From Halocafeteria seosinensis (Eukaryota), in assembly GCA_001687465.1 (NCBI GenBank), contig LVLI01000211.1, forward strand, positions 1 through 57,631: DNA of 57,631 bases. Reading direction: 5' to 3'. The translations under genes and the position numbers were made by a program. This document shows, piece after piece, positions 31,024 to 42,700 of the stretch. The notes below the pieces were generated by a model. It saw nothing but the letters and a program-made list of their open reading frames with translations. It ran no database searches and was not told the origin of the DNA. Each line of letters begins with the position of its first letter. Position 1 is the first letter of the stretch.

Positions 31024-33621
31024 CTACACTGCAGTAAACACTACAACGAGTACGACAACAGCCACCAGTAAGAAGCATGAAATAAAGGTGCAGATCTCAG
31101 GCCATAAAATGAAATTGTCCTCGTCGGGAAAGAACGAAAAGTTGTACTGCGAAGGAAGACGTTGCAGGTTCTCTTCGGGAGACACTTCCTGTGCTGCGCG
31201 GATGCCCGCTCGTACAGCCCCATCCATAAAACCCTGAGAGATGCCTGCCATCTCAGTACCCGCAAAATGAACGAGCATATGAGGATCGGACAGAACAACC
31301 TTTGTTGCCGACTCAGAATCCTTGTTGCTGTCAATGGATTCATAGTAAGCCACAGGACCTCCTTTTAGTATCGGATGTTGCTTCCAATTACAGTCGAGGA
31401 CTTCTCTAGGAAAAGCCGCCTGCGGCCCGAACCAGCGGACCAGTTGGAAAGTAGCAGCGTCTCTACGCTTTTCAACAGGAGCATTCTGCCATTTGTCAGC
31501 TCTGCACAGTAGTAAATGGATCGACAGTAAAGTCCAAAGAAGTGACACAAACGAGGGTTACTTACACACTGCCTCCGGTAAAGCACCCAATACAAGGAAG
31601 TCTGAACTTCTCCGATGCGCTCGATGACGACGCAGCCCCGTCTGGACGCGCCGTGCTTGCCGAATACTTGTTCGCTCCACTTCCAGCAGAATATACCTGT
31701 GACACGTCCACACACGTACTCACTGGGAAGCACCCTATATCTTCTGACGCATACACAGCAGCAGCCGCAAGTCTATTCTTCTGGGCTCCTGCGGGAACAT
31801 CCTTGAGGACTTCCTGAATCTGTTCATCGTCTAGTGGTGCGCAATCGGAATTGACCTCCCCGCTAAATCGGCTTGTTACCCAAAAAGGTTTCTCGTTACC
31901 TTTGATCCTGTCGAAGCAGAAAAGAGTCTTCGTCAAGTTTCCCATTTTCGCGGCGCTCAGCAAAGCTACCTTTTCCGCTGGCAACTCGGGGGAAAACTGG
32001 ATGTGCTTGTAGGAAGCTGGAGGTATAGCAAGAATCACGCGTTTGCTCTTTACTTGCTTAAACTTAGAGTCTTTATGGAAACTGGTGGTTCCCGTCCGCA
32101 CAGCATATGTCTCCTCTAGTTCGCAAGAGGTTGTACCTTTTTCTGGGTCTGCAGACTCGGGACGGTAATACCTTGTAATCGGTTCAGAGGATACCGCATT
32201 TGATGGAGAAACAGTAACCGTCACTTCGTTGTCCTCCACGTTCTGCATGATATCTGTCACTTGAGACTGTGTCTTAAATACCACACCATGCTGGCGAAGT
32301 TGTTCCGCCATTTTTGAGCAAATTTCGCCAGCTCCGTTTCTTAAGTATTTTTCTTGGAGGGTACCAGGACCAAAGTCACCCATATTTTCAATCTGATCCG
32401 AAGCCCGGCTGTATCCAAGAAAGTGGCTCGCAGACACGTCTTTCATATCAGCACCAAACGTGACTTGGGTCATAATGTTGAGTAGGGTACGGACAAAATG
32501 CAATGATCCGTTTTCCTCATCCTTGCTTGCACATGGAAGAGCAAGTTTCGCTTTCAAAAACTCCAAAATCTGTGACAGAGCACCTACAATACGAGTGGAA
32601 AGCAGATCAACCACCAATCTACCATACTTACAGACATGGCTCCTCCCTTCTTCAAGCTTTTGTGGACTCTCCATGGATTCCAGATGGAAGCTTTTGCTCG
32701 GTAGCAACGTAGCCACATTTGAGCGTATACAGTTTGGAGAAGACCGCAAAAGGAAGGAACTGACCACGGCAATAAGCCTGCGAATTGACCCATTTGTAGG
32801 TTAAGTGGTATTCCCCCTTCCTCGAACCAATTATCCCTCTCGACTTACCTCCGTATGTATGCTTTTCTCCTTTATAGTCGAAGACTTTATTGCCCACATG
32901 CCTTTGGGAAAGCAATTCCTTTTCGAGTCCTAATTCTGCCGTTAAGAAGTGCTTGATGGCTTCATGTTTGGCTCCAACCCACATGCCTCCAACTGTATCA
33001 GGAATCATTCAGGATGAAATATTCATACACAAACAGCTCCATTATACTACACATACCATCAACAGCAGGGCCATTTTCCGTGGCAACAGAGCACAACCTT
33101 CCCCCCATACGGTCGTTTGCATCAACGACCACAACAGTCGGGACGACAGGCTTCAGATCTCCCACATCTGTAAGACTGCCTCTTCTGTTCCTCGTAGTTT
33201 GTGTCTTACGTGCACCAGGCACATTTCCAGAAATACTTGCTCTTCTGGGCTTTCCTTTCGTTTGCGAAGGTTTGATTCCTCGTAAACGCAAGATCTCCCA
33301 CGCTGCCGAGAGGCCCGACAAGCCTGCCCCAATGATGACGTACTCTGCCTCAATTACATCCTTATTGAAGCTGCCCTTGTAGCCATTTTTCCTGCCTTCA
33401 ATGGAGCTATTTGGCTGTGTAGAGGATGCTGAATTCTCATTGTTGGCGTCTCCCTCAATGACGATTTCATCGCTCCCCACGCCGTTGTCTTGCGTCTTGG
33501 ACGCGGAGGAGGGTTTCGGCATGCTGTGTCTGCGTCTTCTATTCCCTGATATGCTCCAATGGAGCGATACAAGCGATGCAGTAAGGAGAAAAGAGACAAA
33601 AGGAACTGAAAACAATTCCAA
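31024..33621 (-). CDS. Flavin-containing amine oxidase (monoamine-oxidase-like) with C-terminal transmembrane helix
   Basis: Motifs VIIGAGLSGLSAA, DANDRMGGRL, D|VGGMWVG, VILAIPP and HFAGTEMAGISQGFMDGAVRAGIRAAQEV. Introns at 32993-33056, ~32778-32848, 32570-32631 and 31502-31565. The start is uncertain (first in-frame ATG at 33522). Confidence 0.9.
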
Positions 33622-34445
33622 TTCTTCTTTAGGGATTGTTCTTTATGGAAAGGAATTCCCTGCTCTCAACCGCTCACGGACGGACAGAACGCTTCAACCA
33701 CCCTGCCCCCACGTGGCATGCCTCCGGAATTCCTTTCGTTACTTTGAGAGCTTGAGGTCATTTAACTCGATGATTATGGTATACTGCTCTGAATAGGCGA
33801 GAGCTATATCGTTCCCTTAACTACATGATAGTCAGAAAGCATATATATATCAAGCCCGGTTTATTCGGCATGAGGCCGGAGTCTTCAAAAAGAATATTCA
33901 AATGACGAATCTTGTCTATATAGACTGCTTATGGCCTTATTTTGGTTCAAATTCCATTACTACACAGGCTAGACACAATTGAGAGACTGTATGCTTTTGC
34001 ATCAGACTATCCTCGAGAGTTATGATTTCAATAGCCATCATAAATGGGCCATGATACCATCACATCTTCCTCGTCCTCGTAAGTAGATACAAAGCACAGT
34101 GGGTGCAATTATTAGCACGACCACAGTCAGTTAGACTTGCCGCCCGCGTAATGCCGGCCACAACATTTGAGAATAAAACTGTTCGGATATGCGGGATCCG
34201 CTTGGTACATAGTTTGAAAGATGCAAGTCTACCATGGTCCACGGGTACGGAGGAATTGAGATTTCGCCTAAAGTTCGTCTCTCAATTTCGCACTTGATAG
34301 ACCGATGTTTCCTTCTTACAATAACCAGTTAAACCACGTTTTCTCTTTCTCCGGGTTGCGAATCAAAATCCCGATACCGCTGGTATAAATGTACCCAGGG
34401 TATACCCTGACGATTTCGTGCGGGCCCACTTACGCTGACGCCAGT

Positions 34446-37011
34446 TTAGGCAAAGCGAAATAAGACGCGGATTGGTCTGTGCTTAGAGACCTCTGCCAAG
34501 CTAACAGGAGTTTGTCCCGACTGGACTCAGTCAACCGCAAGGTGAATAAAACTTGTACAACAACTGTGCGTCACAGAGTACTTGAAAACTCCACTTACAA
34601 CGCTCGAAATTTGAGTGCTAGCGCCGCAAGACTTCATTAAATATCTCGCTGTTTCAGCATTTCCGGCCTTCACAGCAGCGTGCAAAGCAGTCTCGCCATT
34701 CTGAAGGACAGTATCAATACATCAATTTGAGAACCGTCGCAAGTTACTGGTGAGTACCAACCATGTCAGTGCTATCCACAGGAGGGTCGAATAAGGTGCA
34801 CAATGCCCTTATGTCTTCAGCACTGCCTTCCTTGGCTGCTGTATGTAGCGCCGTTTGACCACGCTGAAGAGATACTCTATCAAGAGATATACAGCGAGAA
34901 AAGCTCCACATTCGCATAATTGACTCACCGAATCCTTCACTAGGGGGTCAGCCCCAAAGGCGTTAAGAATCTCAAACAGCTGTTGTCGACGGAAACGACA
35001 CGCAAGATGCAGTGCTGTCTCTCCTTTCTGTCGAGCGCAGATGGACAGTCGTATTTGTGCATGTAATAGAAGCGTCAAAGAAACAGATGTAGCTTACTCG
35101 GGTTTGCAGGTTAGGGTCCGCTCCACACTTTTCCAGTAGATATATGCAAACTTGTGAATGGCCCCCACAAACAGCAGCATGAAACGGTGTAGTTCCTTTG
35201 GCATTTTTTATGCAGTTGACGTGCGGATTCTTGTCTGACGAAAGCAACGTTTGGAGTTGCTCTAGTTGACCAGAGGACGCGGCACTCAACACCGACGGAA
35301 TGTGCTTCGGTGACACTGCATTCGTTTCATTGGTCTCTACACTTTCCTTTTCACCAGATTTATTATCTTGTTCTTCTGGACATCCTTTTACACTGCGCAG
35401 TTTGCTACGGATAGGTACCAATTTGCGTTGAGTAGCAAGATCTAATGCAGAAAATCCATTCTGTCCCATACGTGCATAGGAATTTGTTCTCTGGATACAT
35501 TTCAAGTACAAGTGCCTCTTACCTTGTTCTTCACCAGCACCGCCTCCTCAGTCGCTAGAGGAGATACCAAGTTGATATCTCCCTTAAGAACGGCATAATG
35601 TAATGGGGTATTTCCGTCCTTCTGCACACATCCAGCAAGTTCCTTCTTCTCGATCAACTTCGAAATCAACGATGGGAGCAACCCCCATACCTTGTCCTGC
35701 AACGTGAGGCTGGCAGAGTTTGCAACCAACTCTTTTACAATGTCACCGTGATCGAATTTCACAGCCATATGAAGAGCTGTCTCCCCTCCCTGCAGTCAAT
35801 TAGCATTATAAGTCCGAAACCTATTGATACTACGAAAAGGAATCCGGTTACCGTACTCTCGTCTGCAGATTGGGGGCGACTCCAATGTCATGCAGTAGAA
35901 ATGAAACGATATTCAAATGCCCCGCAGCTGACGCAATGTGTAATAATGTCGATTGTTTCGAGCTTTTGAGATGTTCCACTTGTTCTTTGCTCTTGCCTCG
36001 AAGGAGTTGCTTCAAAGTTGCTATATCGCCTACGCTCGCAGCTTGCATTGACGAGCTGTTTCTTTCCTTTGAAGATTTCGTTTTCTTCTTTCGATTTTTG
36101 ACCTGTGTCGTACAAGAAACATTCTGGAACTGCCGAAACATTTCGACGATGGGCTTATCCTTCGAGCGTTTTCCTAGGGCTACGGGTGTCTCTCCTCTCT
36201 GGATAAAGAACACAGACATTTTCAAAGTCATTACTGATATTCTCGGGAAAACTTGAGTTACTCCTTACCTTGTTCGGCAGATTGATCACATCACTTCCCC
36301 CAGTGTCCAATATCAACTTAACGAGTTTTGCGTTGCGTTTGCGGGTAGCCACATGCAACGGTGTCTCTCCGTGCTGCACCATTGTTCAACACCGTCTAGG
36401 AAACAGCGAAGACAAGCAAGCCAGACGTACTATATTGGCTTTCGTAAAATCAGCTCCGTGGGTTATCATCAGTTCGGCGATGGCAGTATGGTTAAACCGG
36501 GTGGCCAATAAGAGAGGTGTATCGCCATTCTGTGTTTCCAGGCGGAATAAAGCGTCATATTCGGGACGAAGGCTCTCGAGCAGTATCGACTTACACGAGT
36601 GCGAGCATCGGGATCAGCTCCCCACTTTCGAAACACCAATATGGTAATTTGCATTTGACCAGCGGCAGCCGCTGCATGCAATGCAGTTGTACCTTTCTGC
36701 AAGACACGAATCACTTCATTCTCCTTGGCGGCAACGTGTGGACGAAGCAAGTTACGTACCGCATTCAACGGTGTATTGACGTCGAACAATCTTGTATGAA
36801 GGACATCTTTCGCAGACTTCACGTTGCCTTCCGAGCAAGCATATAGCAGTTCCTTCTTCAATAACCCCACATCCGGCGTCGCGTCATAGCTCTGGTAGTA
36901 GGGAGGAGTGGTATCCTGGTAGAGAGGGCTCGACCCCTTTACATTTCCTCCTGCCAATGGGTTGCTGTGAGTGTTATCTCGCTGTGGTTTCTTCGATAGA
37001 CACACTCCCAT
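34446..37011 (-). CDS. Ankyrin-repeat protein with N-terminal MGxCxS acylation motif, 12 exons
   Basis: Starts MGVCLSKK and has repeated GxT(P/A)LH motifs. Eleven GT-AG introns at 36697-36759, 36530-36594, 36374-36430, 36199-36268, 35790-35856, 35622-35690, 35461-35522, 35028-35097, 34864-34928, 34701-34761 and 34521-34598. Last exon SGQTPVSLAEVSKHRPIRVLFRFA-stop. Confidence 0.88.
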
Positions 37012-37044
37012 GGCTGAGTGATTGTTAGATTTAGGTGAATAAAA

Positions 37045-37809
37045 ATGGGCCTCCTGGAAATGACATTGATCATGGTGGTGTCCATTACCACCACGTTATT
37101 GAGTGAATTTCTGAGTTGGTACCTGGTCTACCGCCATGAACATTTCCAAGAGCTTCAGCGCAAGTTAGATAAGACCAAAGCACAATGTAAGGAAAGCTGA
37201 GCCCCTGTTGTTGATACGCAACAACACCTGTGTATACGTGTGCAGTGGAAGAGGCGAAACAGAAAATCCCCTCGGCCGGGAAAAAGAAAAACCATGAGCG
37301 CCGTATCGAGCAATTAGAGAAGGACAGCGCCTCCTTCGGACAGCAGTTGACGCGGCAGATGATGAAGATACAGATCATTACACCCGTGCTCTTTATAGCC
37401 TCGTATCGGCTCATGTCTAACTAGTACGTCGACAGGAAGCTCGCTCGCTCCCTCCCTTGGAACCCCCGTGTTGTCCATCTTCGTACGCAGTCTTTATGGA
37501 GTGCCGGTGGCGAGGTTACCCTTTCAACCCATTTCGTTTATTCAGGGTTTAAGTCATCGGGGCCTAGAGGGGGAAGACTACTATGAGTGCTCCTATGTAA
37601 GTAGGGCAGGACAGGAATCAGACAGTTTGGTGTTTGATTCCCTCATATGGGACTGGCTTTTAATTTCGACGCAGATGTTTTTCTTTGCCATGTGCTCCAT
37701 GGCATTCAAACAAACAATATCAAGCATGACTGGAATCAAAAAGCCTAATATGAGCGACGCCCTCTCGCAGAGCTGGGAGCAAGCAGCCAAACAAATGGAG
37801 CAAAAATAA
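37045..37809 (+). CDS. TMCO1: TMCO1 (EMC3/TMCO1/Oxa1 superfamily) ER membrane protein
   Basis: Spliced product MGLLEM...TTLLSEFLSWYLVYR...coiled coil...YGVPVARLPFQPISFIQGLSHRGLEGEDYYECSY|MFFFAMCSMAFKQTI. Introns at 37187-37245, 37424-37490 and 37597-37674. Confidence 0.93.
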
Positions 37810-39719
37810 CAAAGCTTGTGGCTGAGGGTGTCTGCACTAACGGAGGCGTGAGCCAAAGCACGCAGGACGTTGAGGTCCTTGAAGCGTTACGAAATCCGTG
37901 ATATACAGCATTGTATACTTGTAAATAGCGGGTGCGGCCGACCTAGTTTGGGGGTGATCTGTTGCGGCGGTCAATGAGGACAGCTGTGGGTCAATGCATC
38001 CATTCTGCTCACTGTTCTCATTAGCAACCATAGCTTTATGTCCTCCGAGACTGAAGCAGTATCCTCCTCTAGCGAAAATAATACTGCCAGTAATCGGGAA
38101 ATTTTGATTTAGTAACGGCGATGTTGAAGCGACAACAGATGGAATCCGCGTTGTGTAACTTCCAGGGGTTCGTCGCACAAAGCACCGTTTTGCACAAATT
38201 TTGACTCCTCCAATTCTTAAAGAAGTCTATGAAACTTTTTTCCCTACTTTGCAAGCTGCCACATACGGTACATGTAACGGCTGCAGCAGTGAGGCCGTGC
38301 AGTGCTGCAAGAACTTTCCGTTGGGTTGGAGATGACCCCGACATGATCAATGCAACACTGAACATCTTGTATTTCTCCTTGGATTTCTTGTAGAAGCAAC
38401 CCGGCTACAGTAGAAGAATAGTGCGCGAGATACGGCTATGCAACAACAGGCTTTGCGACAACCTGACCACACCGCACATGATGCACGTATCGGTCCTACT
38501 GGTATGCACGTGCGAGGTCAACACGTCCTTTTGCATGGTCCCATCGCCTTTTCTTCCCACTGAACATGATAAAACCATGCGAAGTACCATTATCGGCCTA
38601 GCTCTCATGGGTACTTCCAGTCCTACCAGTATAATGCCGCATTCCTCGGGACGCCGTTTCGTGGACCAAATCGTGGTACATGCCTCACAATCGTCCAGTT
38701 ACCGCTGACCATGATCAGCAAAATGTCTCTCATGTTTGTACACTATCCTCATACACCGCAAAACTCGGTCATCATTCACCAAACAGGGAACTGCCCACTT
38801 GTCACCAAGTACAATTCCATTCCTTCGGCTTCAGCCTGGCTGGCCGGGCCGGGAAGAGCTGTCTTTTGCCGGGGTCCCTGCCAAGAAAAAGCCCTCTACT
38901 TTAATGCATGGTTTCATGAGGTTAGGCTTGTCCATTCTATGGCTATAGACGTTCGTTGGATAGACAATTGTTTAAAGTTTCGTCTGGGCGGTAGTTCTGG
39001 TGGTCCACTAGGCATAATTGTGTTTTTATTTGGAGCTGTCTGGCCCCTTTACAAGCCCCAGGTTTCTCTTTTCCCCTACCGAGGTAAGCAACTTCGTCCC
39101 TCTATTACAAGGCATTCTGACCGCTTTTGGCCCGCGATTTTGGGTCAGTATGGGGTTCATTCAATGCATTGTCCCCTCGTGTCAAAATTTCTGGGAATTC
39201 ATGGCCTAATGTACCTCTCTGCCTCCCGTGAAAATTCCCTTCGGGCGTTTGCTCTCTGCGCCAGGGTGAGACTGTCTACTTTTTTTGTAGTTTTTCCTGA
39301 GGGGACTGTGAAGGGGAGCATGAGCCCCGACGAATTGAAGCTAAGGTATCCTCCCCTCCATACGAGCTCGACTTTTGGCACGTCGGTATTTCGGTAGGCT
39401 TAGCTTAATTTTTCGCTCTGAATCGCTAGGGTGGTAGGTTTTCGTCTGATTTCTAAGTTGAGGAAGTCGGGGCCTCTGAATCTTGAAACTGAATTCCAGG
39501 AAGAGGTCGTACTGAGAGGCCAAATCGAATCGGGAAGTCGAGTTGTTGATCCTGAGTGACGTTCTCTCCTGTTTTGTGATTGCAGGCTGGGTTTTCGGTT
39601 GTGATCAAGTACGCAAGTATCGTTTTGAGATGGGTAAATAGTCTCGTGTATTTGGCTTGCCGGGATTCCTAAACCAATCGAGAGCGCATTGGTGGTAGAG
39701 ACGCACGTATGATAGCACC

Positions 39720-42700
39720 ATGAGTGGTAATTTTCGGCCCATCGCGCCGGCTCAGCGCAACAACTCGACTACTAGCTCTGCGTTTATGAGTTATCCCTCG
39801 AATGAATCGCAAACTCCCAGGCGTCAGACTAATGCTTCCATGCCTGGCTTGACGAATCCGGCGCCAAATGGTGCACCAATGCCGGCACCTGATTTCAAGC
39901 CTTACCTGAAAAAGCGCATACTCGACGATCTCATACCGAAAACCACTATCCGTTCAATGCGGCTATGGAACCAGGAAGAACTAGCTACCTATTTCACTGA
40001 TCATATACTGCGTCGCTACAACATAGGATCCACCATTCAAGTGTCGGATGAGCAATTGAAGAACGCATGTGAACGCTGTTACAAGGATCTGCTCGTAAGT
40101 AACCATGCCACGTATAGCTCAGTTTGTTAGTTTTACAGGGTTATTTACTGTCGGATGATGGTGGTGTTCAGAATAAACTATTACAAGAAGGGTTAAAGTG
40201 GGATCCTCGAGTGAAGAAGTTTGCGGAAATGGCTCCTGAAACTCCTGTTTCGGTGCCGTCACAGACAGCAACTCCAAAACAAGAAACTCCCCGAACTTCT
40301 AAAACTACGTCTCCAAAAAGTGGCGATAACCTTGGGGTTGACCACAATGTCTTGCTACGAGTATTCCAGAATCTTCAGGGTGGCAAAAGCAGCACTACGG
40401 GGAGCACTACCGCGGCGACGACTCCCGCCCCAACAACAGCACCTGCGTTTAATAGCAACACTACACGAAATCTGGCCAAGACAAACGATACAATGGCTAT
40501 GACGTCACATCAGATGGCTCCTGAGCAATCTGGTAGGACGAACGGCCCTACGAGTCAACGAACGGACATCTTACCTGCAATCAAAGAGATGCTAGAGCTT
40601 CAACAGTTGCCATCTGAAGACCAGAAGTGGCGTCGAATCCGCTACCATGCTATCAGCGCTTCGTTTTTGTACTGTATGAAGAGAGACACTTTCTCTAAAG
40701 ATTTATCAAACTTCCCTCGTTGGGCGGTGAAGCAGTATCCAGACCTCCGAAATGAAATACAAGAGGCATACAAAGCGCTAGGGAGGAGTGGTCCCCATAA
40801 CCTACTGGTGCACCTGATGGCTGAGGCATACAAGAATATGAGTTTGCGATTTCCGTGCAAGTTCACGAAATTGTTCCTTGATGTGATCACAAAGGTCGGT
40901 AAGGATCGAGAGCACTATCTGAAGCAGGTGGCCGTCTCCGTCGGTACTCCGACAGCGGCCAATGAACCTACCCGCGCTACTAATACTGCCGTCGACTGGG
41001 CTTCAAGGAGCATGAACAGTGGTACGACGTCTGCCACCGAGTTCCATGCGTCGTCTGTGACTTCTTCCTTCGTTTCGGGGAGTGATGTTCGCCCTCACTA
41101 CACCGGGAGTAACCATACCCACGGGGCAGTACCTGCCAACCTCAAGTCGTCAATGACAACAAATTATAAGGAGACACCGTCCTCTGTGGAAGTGCCTGTA
41201 TCCAAGGGACAATTCCTGGAGAGCGTTCGAAGATCGTCAACTCAGACTGGCAACTATGGTGATTATCGAGTGGAGAATGATACCAAGATGTCGATGTTAG
41301 CAAATCAAGGTCGTGGAGGACTCAATGCAGGAGGCTTAGTGAAAAAGATAGACGAAATGAAAAGCGAGGGGATAAATCCTTTCGATCCCTTCTACTGCCT
41401 TTGTCATCAATTTAGCTGGAGCACTTTACAGGCTCACATTACAAGCCTTACGGAGAAGTTCTCACCTCATATATCTCCGAAGAAGATTAACAAAGTGGGG
41501 AGGGACGTCGTAAATGAATTAATGCAAAAACAGGACAGTGGTAGTTTCCAAGCCCCGGTGGATCCAATTAAGCATGAGTGTCCAGATTACTACGAAAAGA
41601 TTCCTCATCCAATCGACCTGGGTACTATAAAGAAACGAACAGAAAGTGGCTACTACAAGTCATTTAAACAGCTCAGAAACGACATCAAGCGGATCTGGGA
41701 TAACGCAATGACTTACAATGGTGAAGGACATCCCGTATACATGGCCGCTGTAAACATGGATTTTTATTTCCGTGAGGAGTGTGAGAAAAGAATCGCCCCC
41801 GAAGAAAGGAAGCAGCAAAGAACGTCTTTGCGGAATGACTGTTGCACCCTTTGTTATGGTGGTGACCTTGAGTATCAACCTCCCCAGCTTTTTTGCAACC
41901 TCTGCGAGCGGAAAATTCGAGAAAACCAATATTATCATACGGATAGTCAACAAAAGTGGCACGTCTGTCGCACTTGTTTCAAGAAGAAGGAATTCGGAGA
42001 CCCAATCAAGATTGGAGATGTGAAAATTGAGTATAACTCCTTTCAGAGAAGGAAAAACAGTGCTAGCGTACTAGAACCTTGGGTTGAGTGTGATGTTTGT
42101 GAGCGTTGGCAGCATATGTGTTGTGCTTTGTTCAATGGTAAACGGGCAGCAGCTGCAAGCGTGTCACGATATGACTTTAAATATGCCTGTCCCCACTGCA
42201 CCACTTTCTACATACGTGCCCATAGAAAACAACCTGATGACTCCAGTGTCCCTATGGCGGGGGAGCTACCGAATTATGACACGGATAAAGCAATGGAAAT
42301 GAGGGTAAAAAATTCTGCCGCCGACTATAGAAAAGAACTCGCCGACGGACGACTGGGCCCACCGCTGCCGTCAGTTCCTGAGCTAACCGTCAGACTGGTG
42401 GCAAACACGCATAAGAACAATAGGGTCGGGACAGTGATGTACCACCGATATTGTGGAACTGCTGAAGAAGGCGGAAGAAACTACCCGGAAGAATTTTCGC
42501 ACCAACTGAAAGCTTACACTGTGTGGCAGAAGATCGAGGGGGTCGACACGCTTTTGTTTGGTATGTATGTGCAGGAATACGGAAATGACTCCCCCTTACC
42601 GAATAGGGGAAGCGCATATCTCTCGTACCTCGATTCGGTCAAATATTTTCAACCTCCAGAAGTTCGCACTCGAGTCTATCATGAATTGTTGATCAGTTAT

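Noticed and set aside
34060..34300. Minus-strand HIRTVLFSNVVAGITR resembling the end of a gypsy RNase H domain
   Set aside because: The match is short and weak, with no supporting upstream motifs.
37837..39523. Several 60-228 aa ORFs on both strands between TMCO1 and the CBP-like gene
   Set aside because: No recognisable motif and no consistent spliced model could be built. A gene may be present but is not supported here.
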